Origin: Vicugna vicugna
Lineage: Eukaryota
Assembly (NCBI GenBank): GCA_013265495.1
Contig: MU058463.1
Coordinates: 2,441,523-2,505,522 of the forward strand
DNA: 64,000 nucleotides
Direction: 5' to 3'
In this document: positions 63,305 through 64,000 of the stretch, piece after piece
Layout of the letters: each line of letters starts with the position of its first letter
How positions within the stretch are numbered: the first letter of the stretch is position 1
Translations under genes and position numbers: made by a program
The notes under the pieces: model-generated
Databases searched by the model: none
The model's input: the letters and a program-made list of their open reading frames with translations, nothing else
Told to the model about the DNA's origin: nothing

Positions 63305-63605
63305 TTGTTTATTCTTCTCTAGCTTTATTGAGGTATAATTGACATATAATGTTGTATAAATTTAAAGTATGCAACATAATGATGATATATGTATATATTG
63401 TGACATGATTATGACAATAAATTTCGTTAACATCCATCACCTCACATAGTTACCTTTTTTTTCTTGTGATGAGGATTTTTAAGTTCTATTCTCTTAATAG
63501 CATTATAATATACAGGACTGCATTGTTAACTGTAGTCACCATGTGGTATATTATATTCCCTGGAATTTCTCTTATAACTGAAAGTTTATTCCTTTGCAAC
63601 ACTTT
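63305..63605 (-). mobile_element. L1MA-type 3' end
   Basis: agctttattgaggtataattgacat...ttaacatccatcacctcacatagttac...ttaactgtagtcaccatg...cttataactgaaagttt. Confidence 0.85.
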
Positions 63606-63762
63606 CATCTTATATCACAAATTGGGGATCTATATTTCAGCAGGCCTATGTAATTGGCACAATAGGGAATTCTCCAAAACTAGGAAGAGGAGTTAGATAC
63701 CATGGAGACAAAAACACTAACACGTGCCTACTAGAGTCAGCAATTACAACGTTGTTTCAGCT

Positions 63763-64000
63763 TGTCATGGTCCTAAAAGCATAGGCTATGTCTAGCCACA
63801 GATCCCTCTCATCCCTGCATGCATGCCTCTTTCCAGAATGACTTTGCATTTTTCCTGTCAAAAGGAGATTTTTTTCCTCTACTCCTTGAATCTGAGCGTA
63901 TAAGATGGCTTTATTCAGTTGGACATTAATAAATACATCACAACAAATGGGTTGGAAAATAAAGTGCTTGTACATCAGAGCTTCCATTGTTGCTGCTTTT
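63763..64000 (+). mobile_element. MaLR LTR (MLT1G/H-like), runs off window end
   Basis: ctctcatccctgcatgc...tgactttgca...ctactccttgaatctgag...aagtgcttgtacat. Confidence 0.55.

Noticed and set aside
1..64000. CRISPR array, operon or other prokaryote-type system
   Set aside because: The sequence is mammalian repeat-rich DNA, with no regularly spaced repeat-spacer array or gene-dense region.

Overview
This 64-kb window is mammalian, repeat-rich, non-coding DNA (intergenic or deep intronic). It is most likely camelid (alpaca/camel), because it carries three tRNA-Ala-derived SINEs of the vic-1 type and several young L1 3' ends with intact target-site duplications. I found no convincing host protein-coding exon, RNA gene or CRISPR array; the ORFs that resemble real proteins are L1 ORF2 or hAT transposase remnants. 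Most of the window is a nested mosaic of L1, L2, MIR, MaLR/ERVL LTR and hAT-Charlie fragments, identified by eye from remembered consensus sequences, so subfamily names and edges are approximate. The most unusual signal is an orphan CpG island (~43.15-43.7 kb) together with sharply localised GC/CpG gains inside ancient repeats: half of a MIR at 44.15 kb, an old L1 5' end at 32.1 kb and an MLT1A0 at 18 kb. These suggest GC-biased gene conversion tracts and/or unmethylated regulatory sites. Other observations are a 14-bp-stem hairpin at 58.9 kb, L1 copies with 5' inversions, internal deletions or 3' truncation, and a candidate enhancer with a palindromic forkhead site. I see no evidence for a novel multi-gene system.
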